Positions 8,106 through 16,503 of a stretch of DNA of 32,826 bases are shown here, piece by piece (positions within the stretch are counted from its first letter, which is position 1; each line of letters begins with the position of its first letter). Where the stretch lies: assembly GCA_039770155.1 (NCBI GenBank), contig JBDMZA010000014.1:1-32826 (forward strand), in the 5' to 3' direction. The notes under the pieces are model-generated. The model saw only the letters and a list, made by a program, of their open reading frames with translations, did no database searches and was not told where the DNA came from. Made by a program: the position numbers and the translations under genes. Source of the DNA: Clostridiales bacterium (GTDB taxonomy: Bacteria; Bacillota; Clostridia; Acetivibrionales; JBDMZA01).

Positions 8106-9233
8106 ATGCATAATAATCAGTTAATAAGCGATTTAGTTTCTATTTCTTCATGGGCAGGTGCAGACGAAGATTTTGTACAAGCCGGTGGTGGAAATACTTC
8201 AGTAAAAGATAAAAATAAAATGTTAATTAAAGCCTCAGGTTTTAAATTATCTGAAATAAATAAACATAATGGTTATGTTGAAGTTGACATAGAAAAAACT
8301 ATTGAATTAATAAATAATCAAGAAGAGTTTAATAAATACCCACCAAAAGAAAGAGATAAACTGATCATATCAGAAGTACAAAAAACTGTTGTAAATGACA
8401 ATGGTCTTCGTCCATCTGTAGAATCATTTTTACATGCATTATTAGGTAAAATAGTTATACACACACATCCAGTCCTCACTAATGCTATTTGCTGTGTTGA
8501 AAATTGCGAAAAAATATTAGATGATTTATTTTTTGATGATGTACTATTTGTTCCATACTCTACACCTGGTTACCCCTTAGCTTGTTTAATGAAGGAAAAA
8601 GTAGATGAATTTTTTAATAAAAAAAACCACTTACCTCAAATTGTATTTTTAGGTAATCATGGGTTATTTATTTGTGGCAATTCTGTTGATGATGCAATTT
8701 CTAGAATGAATAATGTTATTACAACAATCGAAAAATTTTTAAAACTAGATAAATCTGAAAATAAGCTAAAAGTAATATTTAAAGAGGATAAATCAATATC
8801 CTTAAATAATTGGTATAATTTATATAGACATTATGTTAAAGATTCATATTTAACATTAATTAAAAATGAATCTGTTTCTACTATAGATTTAATAAAGTCT
8901 CCTCCATTATACCCAGATTATATAGTTTATTGTGGGAAAAATTATTTTTCTTCCAAAAATCTAGAAATAACGGACGAAACTAAACTTAATTTTAAAAAAT
9001 TTATTGATGAAAATGGAAATATCCCATCAATAATATATTGTGATGATGGAAATATAATATTTATGGGGAAAAGCAAACAACATGTAGAAAGTATTAAAAG
9101 TGTATTCATAGCTCATGCCAAAACAGTACTATTAGGTAAAAGAATTGGTAAATTAACTCCTCTTAAAAGAGAAGAAATTGAATATATAGATAATTGGGAA
9201 AGTGAAAAATACAGGAAAAATTTACTTTTGTAA
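8106..9233 (+). CDS. Class II aldolase-like protein resembling the N-terminal (rhamnulose-1-phosphate aldolase) half of bifunctional RhaEW/YuxG
   Basis: 375 aa with a GGGNTSVK motif near the N-terminus and His-rich motifs (IHTHP). It sits immediately downstream of rhaBA with a GGAGG RBS. The family assignment is from memory of the YuxG-type domain. Confidence 0.55.
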   Translation: MHNNQLISDLVSISSWAGADEDFVQAGGGNTSVKDKNKMLIKASGFKLSEINKHNGYVEVDIEKTIELINNQEEFNKYPPKERDKLIISEVQKTVVNDNGLRPSVESFLHALLGKIVIHTHPVLTNAICCVENCEKILDDLFFDDVLFVPYSTPGYPLACLMKEKVDEFFNKKNHLPQIVFLGNHGLFICGNSVDDAISRMNNVITTIEKFLKLDKSENKLKVIFKEDKSISLNNWYNLYRHYVKDSYLTLIKNESVSTIDLIKSPPLYPDYIVYCGKNYFSSKNLEITDETKLNFKKFIDENGNIPSIIYCDDGNIIFMGKSKQHVESIKSVFIAHAKTVLLGKRIGKLTPLKREEIEYIDNWESEKYRKNLLL

Positions 9234-9305
9234 AGCATAATAAAAAACAACTTTTATATAAAATAAAATCAAAAACTATCAATTAAAATAAATTGATAGT
9301 TTTTT
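9231..9305. repeat. Degenerate family-A-like segment ending in a terminator hairpin
   Basis: TAAAGCATAATAAAAAA matches the A terminus TAAGGCATAATCAAAAA at 15 of 17 positions. CAAAAACTATCAATT matches the interior of the degenerate A copy at 32682-32696 at 14 of 15 positions. Confidence 0.35.
9271..9305 (+). terminator. Intrinsic terminator after the rhamnose block
   Basis: AAAAACTATCAATT (9271-9284), a 6-nt loop, then AATTGATAGTTTTT (9291-9305). Confidence 0.6.
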
Positions 9306-9327
9306 CAATATTTTATTTTAAATATTC

Positions 9328-9356
9328 TTGAAAATAATAAATTTTTATGATAGCAT
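9328..9356 (+). promoter_or_regulatory. Candidate promoter of the GrpE-like gene
   Basis: TTGAAA (9328-9333), a 17-nt spacer and an extended -10 TGATAGCAT (TAGCAT at 9351-9356). Confidence 0.45.
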
Positions 9357-9393
9357 TTTTTACCAAGATAACATTGTATGAGGAGATAAGTTA

Positions 9394-9993
9394 ATGATAG
9401 ATTTTAGTAAAGAATTTGCAAAATATGATTTTTTTCATATTTCAGAAAATATTGAACTTGATATTAATATTGATTCATTATCAAATATAAAGAAAAATAT
9501 TAAAAGAATTGGAAGAGAACAAAATAATGTTGTTATCCAAATAGATGATATACATGAGATATTAGATAAATTAAATGAATCAATTTTTAATCTAAATGAA
9601 ATAAATAAATTAAAAAAAGAATTTACAATAAAAGAAGCTTGTTTTTTTAATGAAAAAGAAGAAGTAATTAATAATCTTATAGAAGTTTTAGATGAAGTGG
9701 AAAATATAATACATTTTTCCAAATTACATTTAAATAATAGCTATAGTGAGCAATTAAATATTACATGGTCTCAAATAGGTAATATAATAAAAAAAATTGG
9801 TTTAACAAGACTAGATGATATAGATAATAAATTTAATGCTGAATTAAATGTTGCAACAAAAGTTTTAGTTATTGACAACAAAGATGATAATACAATTATT
9901 GAAACATTAAATTCAGGATATATATATGAAAAGAAAATCATAAGAAAATCTAAAGTCGTTGTTAATAAAACAAGGAGTGAAATAATTGAGTAA
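9394..9993 (+). CDS. GrpE-like nucleotide exchange factor (divergent paralogue)
   Basis: 199 aa with a coiled-coil N-half, VINNLIEVLDEVENII (compare the GrpE LLPVLDNLERAL motif) and a C-terminal beta-domain pattern (FNAELNVA ... ETLNSGYIYEKKIIRKSKVVVNK). GAGGAG RBS. It is translationally coupled to an Hsp70-type ORF. Confidence 0.5.
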   Translation: MIDFSKEFAKYDFFHISENIELDINIDSLSNIKKNIKRIGREQNNVVIQIDDIHEILDKLNESIFNLNEINKLKKEFTIKEACFFNEKEEVINNLIEVLDEVENIIHFSKLHLNNSYSEQLNITWSQIGNIIKKIGLTRLDDIDNKFNAELNVATKVLVIDNKDDNTIIETLNSGYIYEKKIIRKSKVVVNKTRSEIIE

Positions 9994-10087
9994 AGTAATT
10001 GGAATAGACTTAGGTACTTCGACATCAGAAGTCTCAGTATTAGAAAATGGTAAGCCTCGCTTAATTGAAAATAATTTAGGCAGTTAA
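9986..10087 (+). pseudogene. Hsp70/DnaK-family gene remnant (first 33 codons only)
   Basis: A TTG start lies 7 nt after AAGGAG. The translation is MSKVIGIDLGTSTSEVSVLENGKPRLIENNLGS followed by a stop. This is the phosphate-1 motif of Hsp70 ATPases, and the remaining ~550 codons are absent. Confidence 0.7.
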
Positions 10088-11161
10088 AGAATATGAAACT
10101 TTATGCAATAAGAATCCCCATAATTATAAATATTTATGTAAATTGGGATCAGCTTATTGTAAAAGAGGCTTTAGTATCAAATCAGAAAAGATACTTCTTG
10201 AATGTATAAAAATAGATAAATTAAATCCACAAGCATGGGATGAACTGGTTTTACTATACATTAAAACAAAAAAAAACAAAAAAAAGTTATACCTACTTTA
10301 GATAAATGCGTTGATATGTGTAATAAAAATCACTCTAGCTATAGTCAATTAATTACTAAATATTTAACATATGATTTTGAATCTAAAGATTATAAAAACA
10401 TATTAAAATCTCTTCAAAAAATCAAAAACTATTGTATTGATAATAATGAATGTAAAGTAACTGTATCACATATGCTTTTAGATTTCGCACTAGATTCATT
10501 ACTTCCTGAAATACATATTTATTCAAAGAAAATAATAGATCTTTCATTAGAATTAAATCCTAATGATGAATTAATAAAAGAATTTCACATTAAAATCACC
10601 GAAAAAATAAAACTCCTACCTCATTTAGAAAAAGCAAAATATGACCCAAATATGTCTCAAGATATATACGAATATATATTTCATAGTATATTTTCGGATA
10701 TTAATAGTCTAACTGATTATTTTAATACTATCAATATGATGCTCAAATATAAAATGCTTTTACATAAAATATATAATAACCTAAATAAATACAAAAAACA
10801 TGTAAAATACTTAAAAAGTCATTATTATATTTTGTATGAAGAATTTAAAGATTTTTTTGATTCAATCTTATCTAATAAATTTAAACTTAACAAAAAAGAT
10901 TTATTCTTTAATAGCTTAATGAATCTAGATTCTATTTTACATGAGGAAGATATTTACTCTGAAGATGATGATTATATAGAAGAAGATGTCTATGTAGAAG
11001 AAGATGTTTATGTAGAAGATAATCCTTTTTATGATTTTGATAGTTCATATGAAGAAACACATACATCTCAACCTATAACTGTTGAAAAAATAGGTAGAAA
11101 TGATGATTGTCCCTGTGGAAGTGGTAAAAAATACAAAAAATGTTGTTTAGGAAAAGATTAA
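10080..11161 (+). pseudogene. TPR / SEC-C-motif protein gene, 5'-truncated and frameshifted in an A9-C-A8 tract
   Basis: Frame 0 (10080-10298) encodes a TPR-like segment (YETLCNKNPHNYKYLCKLGSAYCKRGFSIKSEKILLECIKIDKLNPQAWDELVLLY) with no start codon. The reading continues in another frame from 10265 to 11161 and ends in the SEC-C motif [13 protein letters not shown]. The track ORF 10316-11161 is the distal part. Confidence 0.55.
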
Positions 11162-11170
11162 TTATTTGTA

Positions 11171-11319
11171 TAAGGCAGAATCAAAAATTGTCTAACTTAG
11201 GGATATCCAAAAAATAAACTCTAATTCTCGAGTATGAATTCGCGCGATTTAAGCGAACTTCAGACGAAAAGAATTCGGTATTATTTTTTAGGTTCTCCTT
11301 ATTTTTTTATTCTGCCTTA
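11171..11319 (-). repeat. Family A short (type i) element interrupted by a complete family B element
   Basis: The outer sequence TAAGGCAGAATCAAAAATTGTCTAACT ... ATTTTTTTATTCTGCCTTA matches the 47-bp form at 8037 and 23822. Confidence 0.85.
11199..11299 (+). repeat. Family B (B1) palindromic element, full length (reference copy), nested in family A
   Basis: AGGGATATCCAAAAAATAAACTCTAATTCTCGAGTATGAATTCGCGCGATTTAAGCGAACTTCAGACGAAAAGAATTCGGTATTATTTTTTAGGTTCTCCT. It is near-identical to 23719-23822 and 32728-32826 and is flanked by TTA on both sides. Confidence 0.92.
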
Positions 11320-11396
11320 TATGTTTCTTATTTTTAATACTATTTTAACATAATAATAAATCTTTTCTAATATTTATCAATTATAATTATTTCTAG

Positions 11397-11444
11397 TAAG
11401 GCATAATCAAAAAGTTGACTAGTTTATTTTTTGATTATGCCTAA
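11397..11444 (+). repeat. Family A element, 48-bp internally deleted form (type ii)
   Basis: TAAGGCATAATCAAAAAGTTGACTAGTTTATTTTTTGATTATGCCTAA. It has both A termini plus the right-arm segment GTTGACTAGTTTATT. Confidence 0.85.
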
Positions 11445-11482
11445 TATAAAAATAAAAGATAATTTAGGGGGGTAATTTTATA

Positions 11483-13072
11483 ATGTTTAATAAAAATATT
11501 TTAAAATATTTTTCATTTTTATTATGTCTTTTTTTAACATCATCAATAATTTTCATATTTAAGCCAACTAAATCTGAAGCTAACAAATCAGACACTAATT
11601 ATAAAAATTCCAATATTGAACTACAAATATTAGGAATAAATGATTTTCATGGTCAAATAAATACCACTAAAAAAATCAGTGGTATAGAAATGGGTAGAGC
11701 AGATTATTTAGCTGCTAATTTAGAAAAAAGAGTTAGTGAAAATAAGAATACTCTAATGGTTCATGCTGGAGATATAGTAGGAGCAAGTGCTCCTGTATCA
11801 GCTTTATTAAATGACAACCCCACTCTTGAAATACTAAGTGAAATTGGCTTTGATATAGGAACAGTAGGAAATCATGAGTTCGATAAAGGAACTGACGAAA
11901 TGTTGAAATTAACAAAAAATTCTTCTAGTTTTCCTTATACTGTATCTAATGTAGTTTATAAAAATACAAATAAAACAATACTATCACCATATATAATCAA
12001 AAGAGTTAAAGGAATTCCTATTGGTTTTATAGGTGTTGTTTTAAAAGATACTCCAAATATGGTAACAGCAGAAGGTATTTCTAATGTAAATTTCTTAGAT
12101 GAAATCGATTCAATTAATAAATACACTAAGAAACTTAAAAAACTTGGTGTTAAAACAATAGTAATTTTAGCCCATGTTCCTGGATATCAAAATAACACTA
12201 CAGGCGAAATAACAGGAGAAATTGCAGAAATTGCAAATTCGATAGATGATGAGGTTGATGTAATATTTGCAGGACATAATCATGATAAAATAAATGGTGA
12301 AGTCGATGGTAAACTAATTGTAGAAACATATTCTAATGGCACAGCATTTTCAGATGTTGATCTAAGTATCAACCCTCGTACAAATGATGTCGTATCAAAA
12401 AAAGCTGAAATCATAGATAATGTCCAAACTAATATAATTCCAGATGAAAAAATCACAAAAATGATTGAAAAATATGAAATTGAAGTTGGTCCCATTCTAA
12501 ATGAAGTAATTGGAACTGCTTCTATAGATATCACAACTAATCAAAATAGCAGTGGTGAATCAACATTGGGTAATTTTATTACCGATGCACAAAGAATTAG
12601 AATGGATACAGATTTTTCTTTTATGAACCCTGGTGGAATAAGAGCCAATATAGAAAAAGGTGAAGTAACCTGGGGTGAGTTATTTACAGTACAGCCCTTT
12701 AATAATTACTTAGTAAAAATGACTTTGACTGGAGAAGATATTAGAACTCTATTAAATCAACAATGGCAGGAAAAGCAAACACGAATGCTTCAAATATCAG
12801 GATTAAAATATACATGGGATTCTACAAAACCTAAAGGAGAAAAAGTAATTGATATTTTTACATATGATGGTGTAAAACTGGATTCTACAAAAGAATACAC
12901 AATTACTACCAATAGTTTTTTAGCAGGAGGTGGAGATGAATTTTCATTATTTACTCAAATTGATAATCATCAGATAGGTCCATTAGATATTGATGTACTG
13001 GTTGATTACATAAAAGATCTAGGAAATCCTTTTGAATCAAAAATAGATGGAAGAATTCTTAAAATAAATTAA
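11483..13072 (+). CDS. Secreted bifunctional metallophosphatase / 5'-nucleotidase (UshA-like)
   Basis: It has an N-terminal signal peptide, calcineurin-like motifs (GINDFHG, GDIVGAS, GNHEFD, GHNH) and a C-terminal 5'-nucleotidase domain. GGGGGG RBS. Confidence 0.85.
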   Translation: MFNKNILKYFSFLLCLFLTSSIIFIFKPTKSEANKSDTNYKNSNIELQILGINDFHGQINTTKKISGIEMGRADYLAANLEKRVSENKNTLMVHAGDIVGASAPVSALLNDNPTLEILSEIGFDIGTVGNHEFDKGTDEMLKLTKNSSSFPYTVSNVVYKNTNKTILSPYIIKRVKGIPIGFIGVVLKDTPNMVTAEGISNVNFLDEIDSINKYTKKLKKLGVKTIVILAHVPGYQNNTTGEITGEIAEIANSIDDEVDVIFAGHNHDKINGEVDGKLIVETYSNGTAFSDVDLSINPRTNDVVSKKAEIIDNVQTNIIPDEKITKMIEKYEIEVGPILNEVIGTASIDITTNQNSSGESTLGNFITDAQRIRMDTDFSFMNPGGIRANIEKGEVTWGELFTVQPFNNYLVKMTLTGEDIRTLLNQQWQEKQTRMLQISGLKYTWDSTKPKGEKVIDIFTYDGVKLDSTKEYTITTNSFLAGGGDEFSLFTQIDNHQIGPLDIDVLVDYIKDLGNPFESKIDGRILKIN

Positions 13073-13078
13073 AATATA

Positions 13079-13178
13079 ATACCATAAAAAATAAACTCTA
13101 ATTCTTTTCATATGAACTTCGCTTAAATCATGCGAATTCATACTCGAAAATTAGAGTTTATTTTTTGGCTATCCCTTA
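13079..13178 (-). repeat. Family B (B1) element, full length, arms symmetrised
   Basis: ACCATAAAAAATAAACTCTAATTCTTTTCATATGAACTTCGCTTAAATCATGCGAATTCATACTCGAAAATTAGAGTTTATTTTTTGGCTATCCCTTA. It overlaps the last codons and the stop of the DeoR gene. Confidence 0.9.
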
Positions 13179-13936
13179 GTAATTAAAATTTCTAAATCCC
13201 ATTCACTTACATCATCATTCCATGCTTTTGGTATATCAGTATCACTTATAATTTTATTAATTTTTGAAATATCTGTTGTATTAACATAACCCATTTTATC
13301 AAATTTAGTATGATCACATAAAAATATAACTTTTTCAGATCGTTCAATCATAAGTTTCCTTATTCCTGCTTCTTCTTCACTAGAATCTGTAAGACCTTTT
13401 TTTGGTGAAAATCCTTTGCATGAAAAAAACATTTTATTTGCATAGTAGCCTTTTAATGCATTTTCAGCCACTCGCCCCACAAAAGACAAACTTTTCGCTC
13501 TTAAAATTCCACCTGTTGATATAACTTTAATATTATTACAATCTGCAAGTTCAATTGCAATTCTTGCTGCATTTGTTATAACTGTCAGTCCTGTTTTATC
13601 TTTTAAATACTTTGTCATATATAGAGCTGATGTACTTGCATCTAAAATTATGATATCACCATCATTAACTAATTTAGCTGCATTTTTTGCTATTAAATTT
13701 TTACCATCAGAATTAATTCCTTCTCTTATTTTAATTGATATTTCTTCTTTTATATCGTCAGGAAGTACAGCTCCACCATGAGTTCTAATAAGATCACCTT
13801 GTTTTTCAAGAAATTTCAAGTCTCTTCTTATAGTCTCCTCTGTTACTTCAAACATTGTAGCTACTTCATTTACCAAAATACTTTTATTTTTATTTAATAT
13901 TGATAATATTTTAGTTCTTCTCTGTACTCCAAACAC
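13169..13936 (-). CDS. DeoR/GlpR-family transcriptional regulator
   Basis: 255 aa with an N-terminal HTH (VATMFEVTEETIRRDL) and a C-terminal DeoR sugar-phosphate sensor domain. GTG start. Confidence 0.85.
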   Translation of the reverse strand: MFGVQRRTKILSILNKNKSILVNEVATMFEVTEETIRRDLKFLEKQGDLIRTHGGAVLPDDIKEEISIKIREGINSDGKNLIAKNAAKLVNDGDIIILDASTSALYMTKYLKDKTGLTVITNAARIAIELADCNNIKVISTGGILRAKSLSFVGRVAENALKGYYANKMFFSCKGFSPKKGLTDSSEEEAGIRKLMIERSEKVIFLCDHTKFDKMGYVNTTDISKINKIISDTDIPKAWNDDVSEWDLEILITKG

Positions 13937-13975
13937 ATTAGTAACCGGGTTAAATTAACCTTATCCTTTCTAAAT

Positions 13976-16447
13976 TTATATTCCTAATCTATTTAATCTA
14001 ATCTGTTCATTATATGTATAATTATTTACAGATTTATGACCTTTTAAAGGTATAATTTTTTCATGAATAGCATCTATTAACCATTCTGTTTGTGGAAAAA
14101 AATGATTTTCCAATTCATGAGCTGGAGTAATCCAATTTTTTGCTCCAACTACTACAGGTGGTGCATCAAGATAATCAAAAACTAATTCACTGATATTTTG
14201 TGCCATATCTTTTAAGTGTGAGCCTCTCTCACAAGCATCACTTGTAAGTAAAATCTTACCCGTTTTCTTAACAGACTCTATTACTTTTTCATAGTTAAAT
14301 GGAACAATTGATCTTGCATCTATTATTTCAGTGGAAATATTATATTTCTCTTCTAAAATTTTTGCAGCTTCTATAGCCCGATATAGAGTTGCTCCTATTG
14401 TTAAAATTGTTAAATCCTTTCCTTCTTTTTTAATATCTGGATCTCCAAATTCTACCTCATAGTAATTTTCAGGTACACCATCTTTATTAAATAATTCACC
14501 AACATCATATAGCCTCTGGCTTTCAAAAAATATAACAGGGTCTGTTCCCATTAAAGCAGAATTCAATAATCCCTTTGCATCATATGGAGATGCAGGAAAT
14601 ACAACTTTTAATCCTGGAATATGAGCACAAATAGAAGTCCAATCTTGTGAGTGCTGAGCTCCATACTTTGAACCTATTGAAACTCTAACTACAATTGGCA
14701 TTTTTATAACACCAGCACTCATAGATTGCCATTTTGAAAGTTGATTGAAAATTTCATCTCCCGCTCTTCCTATAAAATCGCAATACATTAATTCTACTAC
14801 TGCTCTACCTCCACAAATACCATAGCCAGTAGCTGAACCAACTATTGCACCTTCTGATATAGATGAATTAAATAATCTATGATATGGTAATGATTCTGTT
14901 AAACCTCTATAAACTGCAAAAGCTCCTCCCCAATCTCTATTTTCTTCGCCATAAGCAATTAATGTAGGATCAAGGTAAAACTTATCTATTAAAGCTTCAA
15001 AAAGTGCATCTCTAAAATTAAAGACCTTATTTTTAGATACAGGTTTTCCATCTTTAATACCAACTCTTAACTTAGTTTTATTTCTTTTTACCCTAGAATT
15101 TTCTTCCTTTGCAATCAGAACATCACATTTTCCATCTTCCATTTTTTCAATTTTTTCATTTGAAAACATTAATTCCCCTATTTTATCAGGTTCATTTATC
15201 ATATTAAATCGTGGTGAAACTTCGCTATCAACAGCAAGTCTACAAGCTTTAGTAATTAATTCTTTTGTATTTAAAATCATTTCTTCTGCTTTATCGCTAT
15301 TTAAAACTTTGTATTTAATTAGATCATCTCTATAACATTTTAAAGAATCTTGATCCATCCATGAATCAATTTCTTCTTTAGTTCTGTAACTTGAAGCATC
15401 TGACGGTGAATGACCAGTAAATCTATATGTTATAACATCTAATAAAACAGGTCCTCTTTTTTCTTCAATAATTTTTTTCTTTCTTTTCATAGCATCAATT
15501 ACCGCTAACGGATTGTATCCATCTATCCTTTCAGCATGTAATTGTTCAGGATTTACTCCCGCACCTACTCTGGCTAAAATATCATAACCCATTGTTTCTC
15601 CACAAGTTTGTCCACCCATTCCATACTGATTATTAAAGAAATTAAATATTAGAGGTAAACCACCTTTTAAATCATTATTCCAAAGTTTTTTATACTGATC
15701 CATAGTGGCAAGACACATTCCTTCCCATACCGGACCACATCCCATTGAAGCATCTCCAATATTTGCAATTACCAATCCTTTTTTTCTATTTACTTTTTTG
15801 TAAATAGCAGCTCCTACTGATATATCCCCTGAACCTCCTACAATTGCATTGTTTGGATATACTCCAAAAGGAGTGAAAAATGCATGCATTGAGCCTCCAA
15901 GACCATTATTAAAACCAGTTTCCTTTGCAAATATTTCTGCTAATGTTCCATAAAGTAAAAAATCAATTGCTAAATCTTTTATACTTGATTTATTTTCTCT
16001 ATCTTTTTCAACAATCTTTAAAATTTTTCCATCAAAGTAACTTTCCATTATAGAAATCAACTTATCTTCTGATAGTTTATCTATTGCAGAAAGACCTTTT
16101 GCAATTATTTCACCATGACTCCTGTGAGAGCCGAAAATATAGTCGTCCTTATTTAATATATAAGCTTGTCCAACTGCCGAAGCTTCCTGTCCTAATGATA
16201 AATGTGCAGGTCCTGGGTGATTATATTTTATACTGTTATATTCATTTGATGTTTTAATAGACATTAACATACTTTCAAATTCTCTAATAATCAGCATATC
16301 TCTATATATTCTTAAAAAATCGTCGTCACTAAAATCTGATTTTTCTTCTTCTATTGTTTTATTATATTGATTTACAGGAATATCTTTAAACTTTATAAAA
16401 CTACTTTTTCGAACTTCCTTTGGATCAATAAATTGTGATTTTGGCAT
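13976..16447 (-). CDS. 2-oxoacid (pyruvate/acetoin-type) dehydrogenase E1 component, fused alpha-beta subunits
   Basis: 823 aa. The N-half carries the TPP-binding E1-alpha motif ([13 protein letters not shown] ... NNQYGMG). The C-half resembles the E1-beta transketolase-like pyrimidine-binding and C-terminal domains. AAGGAG RBS. Confidence 0.85.
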   Translation of the reverse strand: MPKSQFIDPKEVRKSSFIKFKDIPVNQYNKTIEEEKSDFSDDDFLRIYRDMLIIREFESMLMSIKTSNEYNSIKYNHPGPAHLSLGQEASAVGQAYILNKDDYIFGSHRSHGEIIAKGLSAIDKLSEDKLISIMESYFDGKILKIVEKDRENKSSIKDLAIDFLLYGTLAEIFAKETGFNNGLGGSMHAFFTPFGVYPNNAIVGGSGDISVGAAIYKKVNRKKGLVIANIGDASMGCGPVWEGMCLATMDQYKKLWNNDLKGGLPLIFNFFNNQYGMGGQTCGETMGYDILARVGAGVNPEQLHAERIDGYNPLAVIDAMKRKKKIIEEKRGPVLLDVITYRFTGHSPSDASSYRTKEEIDSWMDQDSLKCYRDDLIKYKVLNSDKAEEMILNTKELITKACRLAVDSEVSPRFNMINEPDKIGELMFSNEKIEKMEDGKCDVLIAKEENSRVKRNKTKLRVGIKDGKPVSKNKVFNFRDALFEALIDKFYLDPTLIAYGEENRDWGGAFAVYRGLTESLPYHRLFNSSISEGAIVGSATGYGICGGRAVVELMYCDFIGRAGDEIFNQLSKWQSMSAGVIKMPIVVRVSIGSKYGAQHSQDWTSICAHIPGLKVVFPASPYDAKGLLNSALMGTDPVIFFESQRLYDVGELFNKDGVPENYYEVEFGDPDIKKEGKDLTILTIGATLYRAIEAAKILEEKYNISTEIIDARSIVPFNYEKVIESVKKTGKILLTSDACERGSHLKDMAQNISELVFDYLDAPPVVVGAKNWITPAHELENHFFPQTEWLIDAIHEKIIPLKGHKSVNNYTYNEQIRLNRLGI

Positions 16448-16476
16448 AATTACAACTCCTTATTAATTATAAAAAT

Positions 16477-16503
16477 TCGATATTATTTTTTATGTTTTCC
16501 TTA
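16477..16503 (+). repeat. Family B right-terminus remnant
   Basis: TCGATATTATTTTTTATGTTTTCCTTA resembles GGTATTATTTTTTAGGTTCTCCTTA. Its terminal TTA is the E3 stop codon. Confidence 0.5.

Noticed and set aside
16443-16450. GGCATAAT at the E1 start, identical to the first bases of the family A terminus.
   Set aside because: The 8-nt match is explained by the start codon context (ATGCCAAAA on the coding strand) and does not extend into the A consensus. It is probably coincidental.
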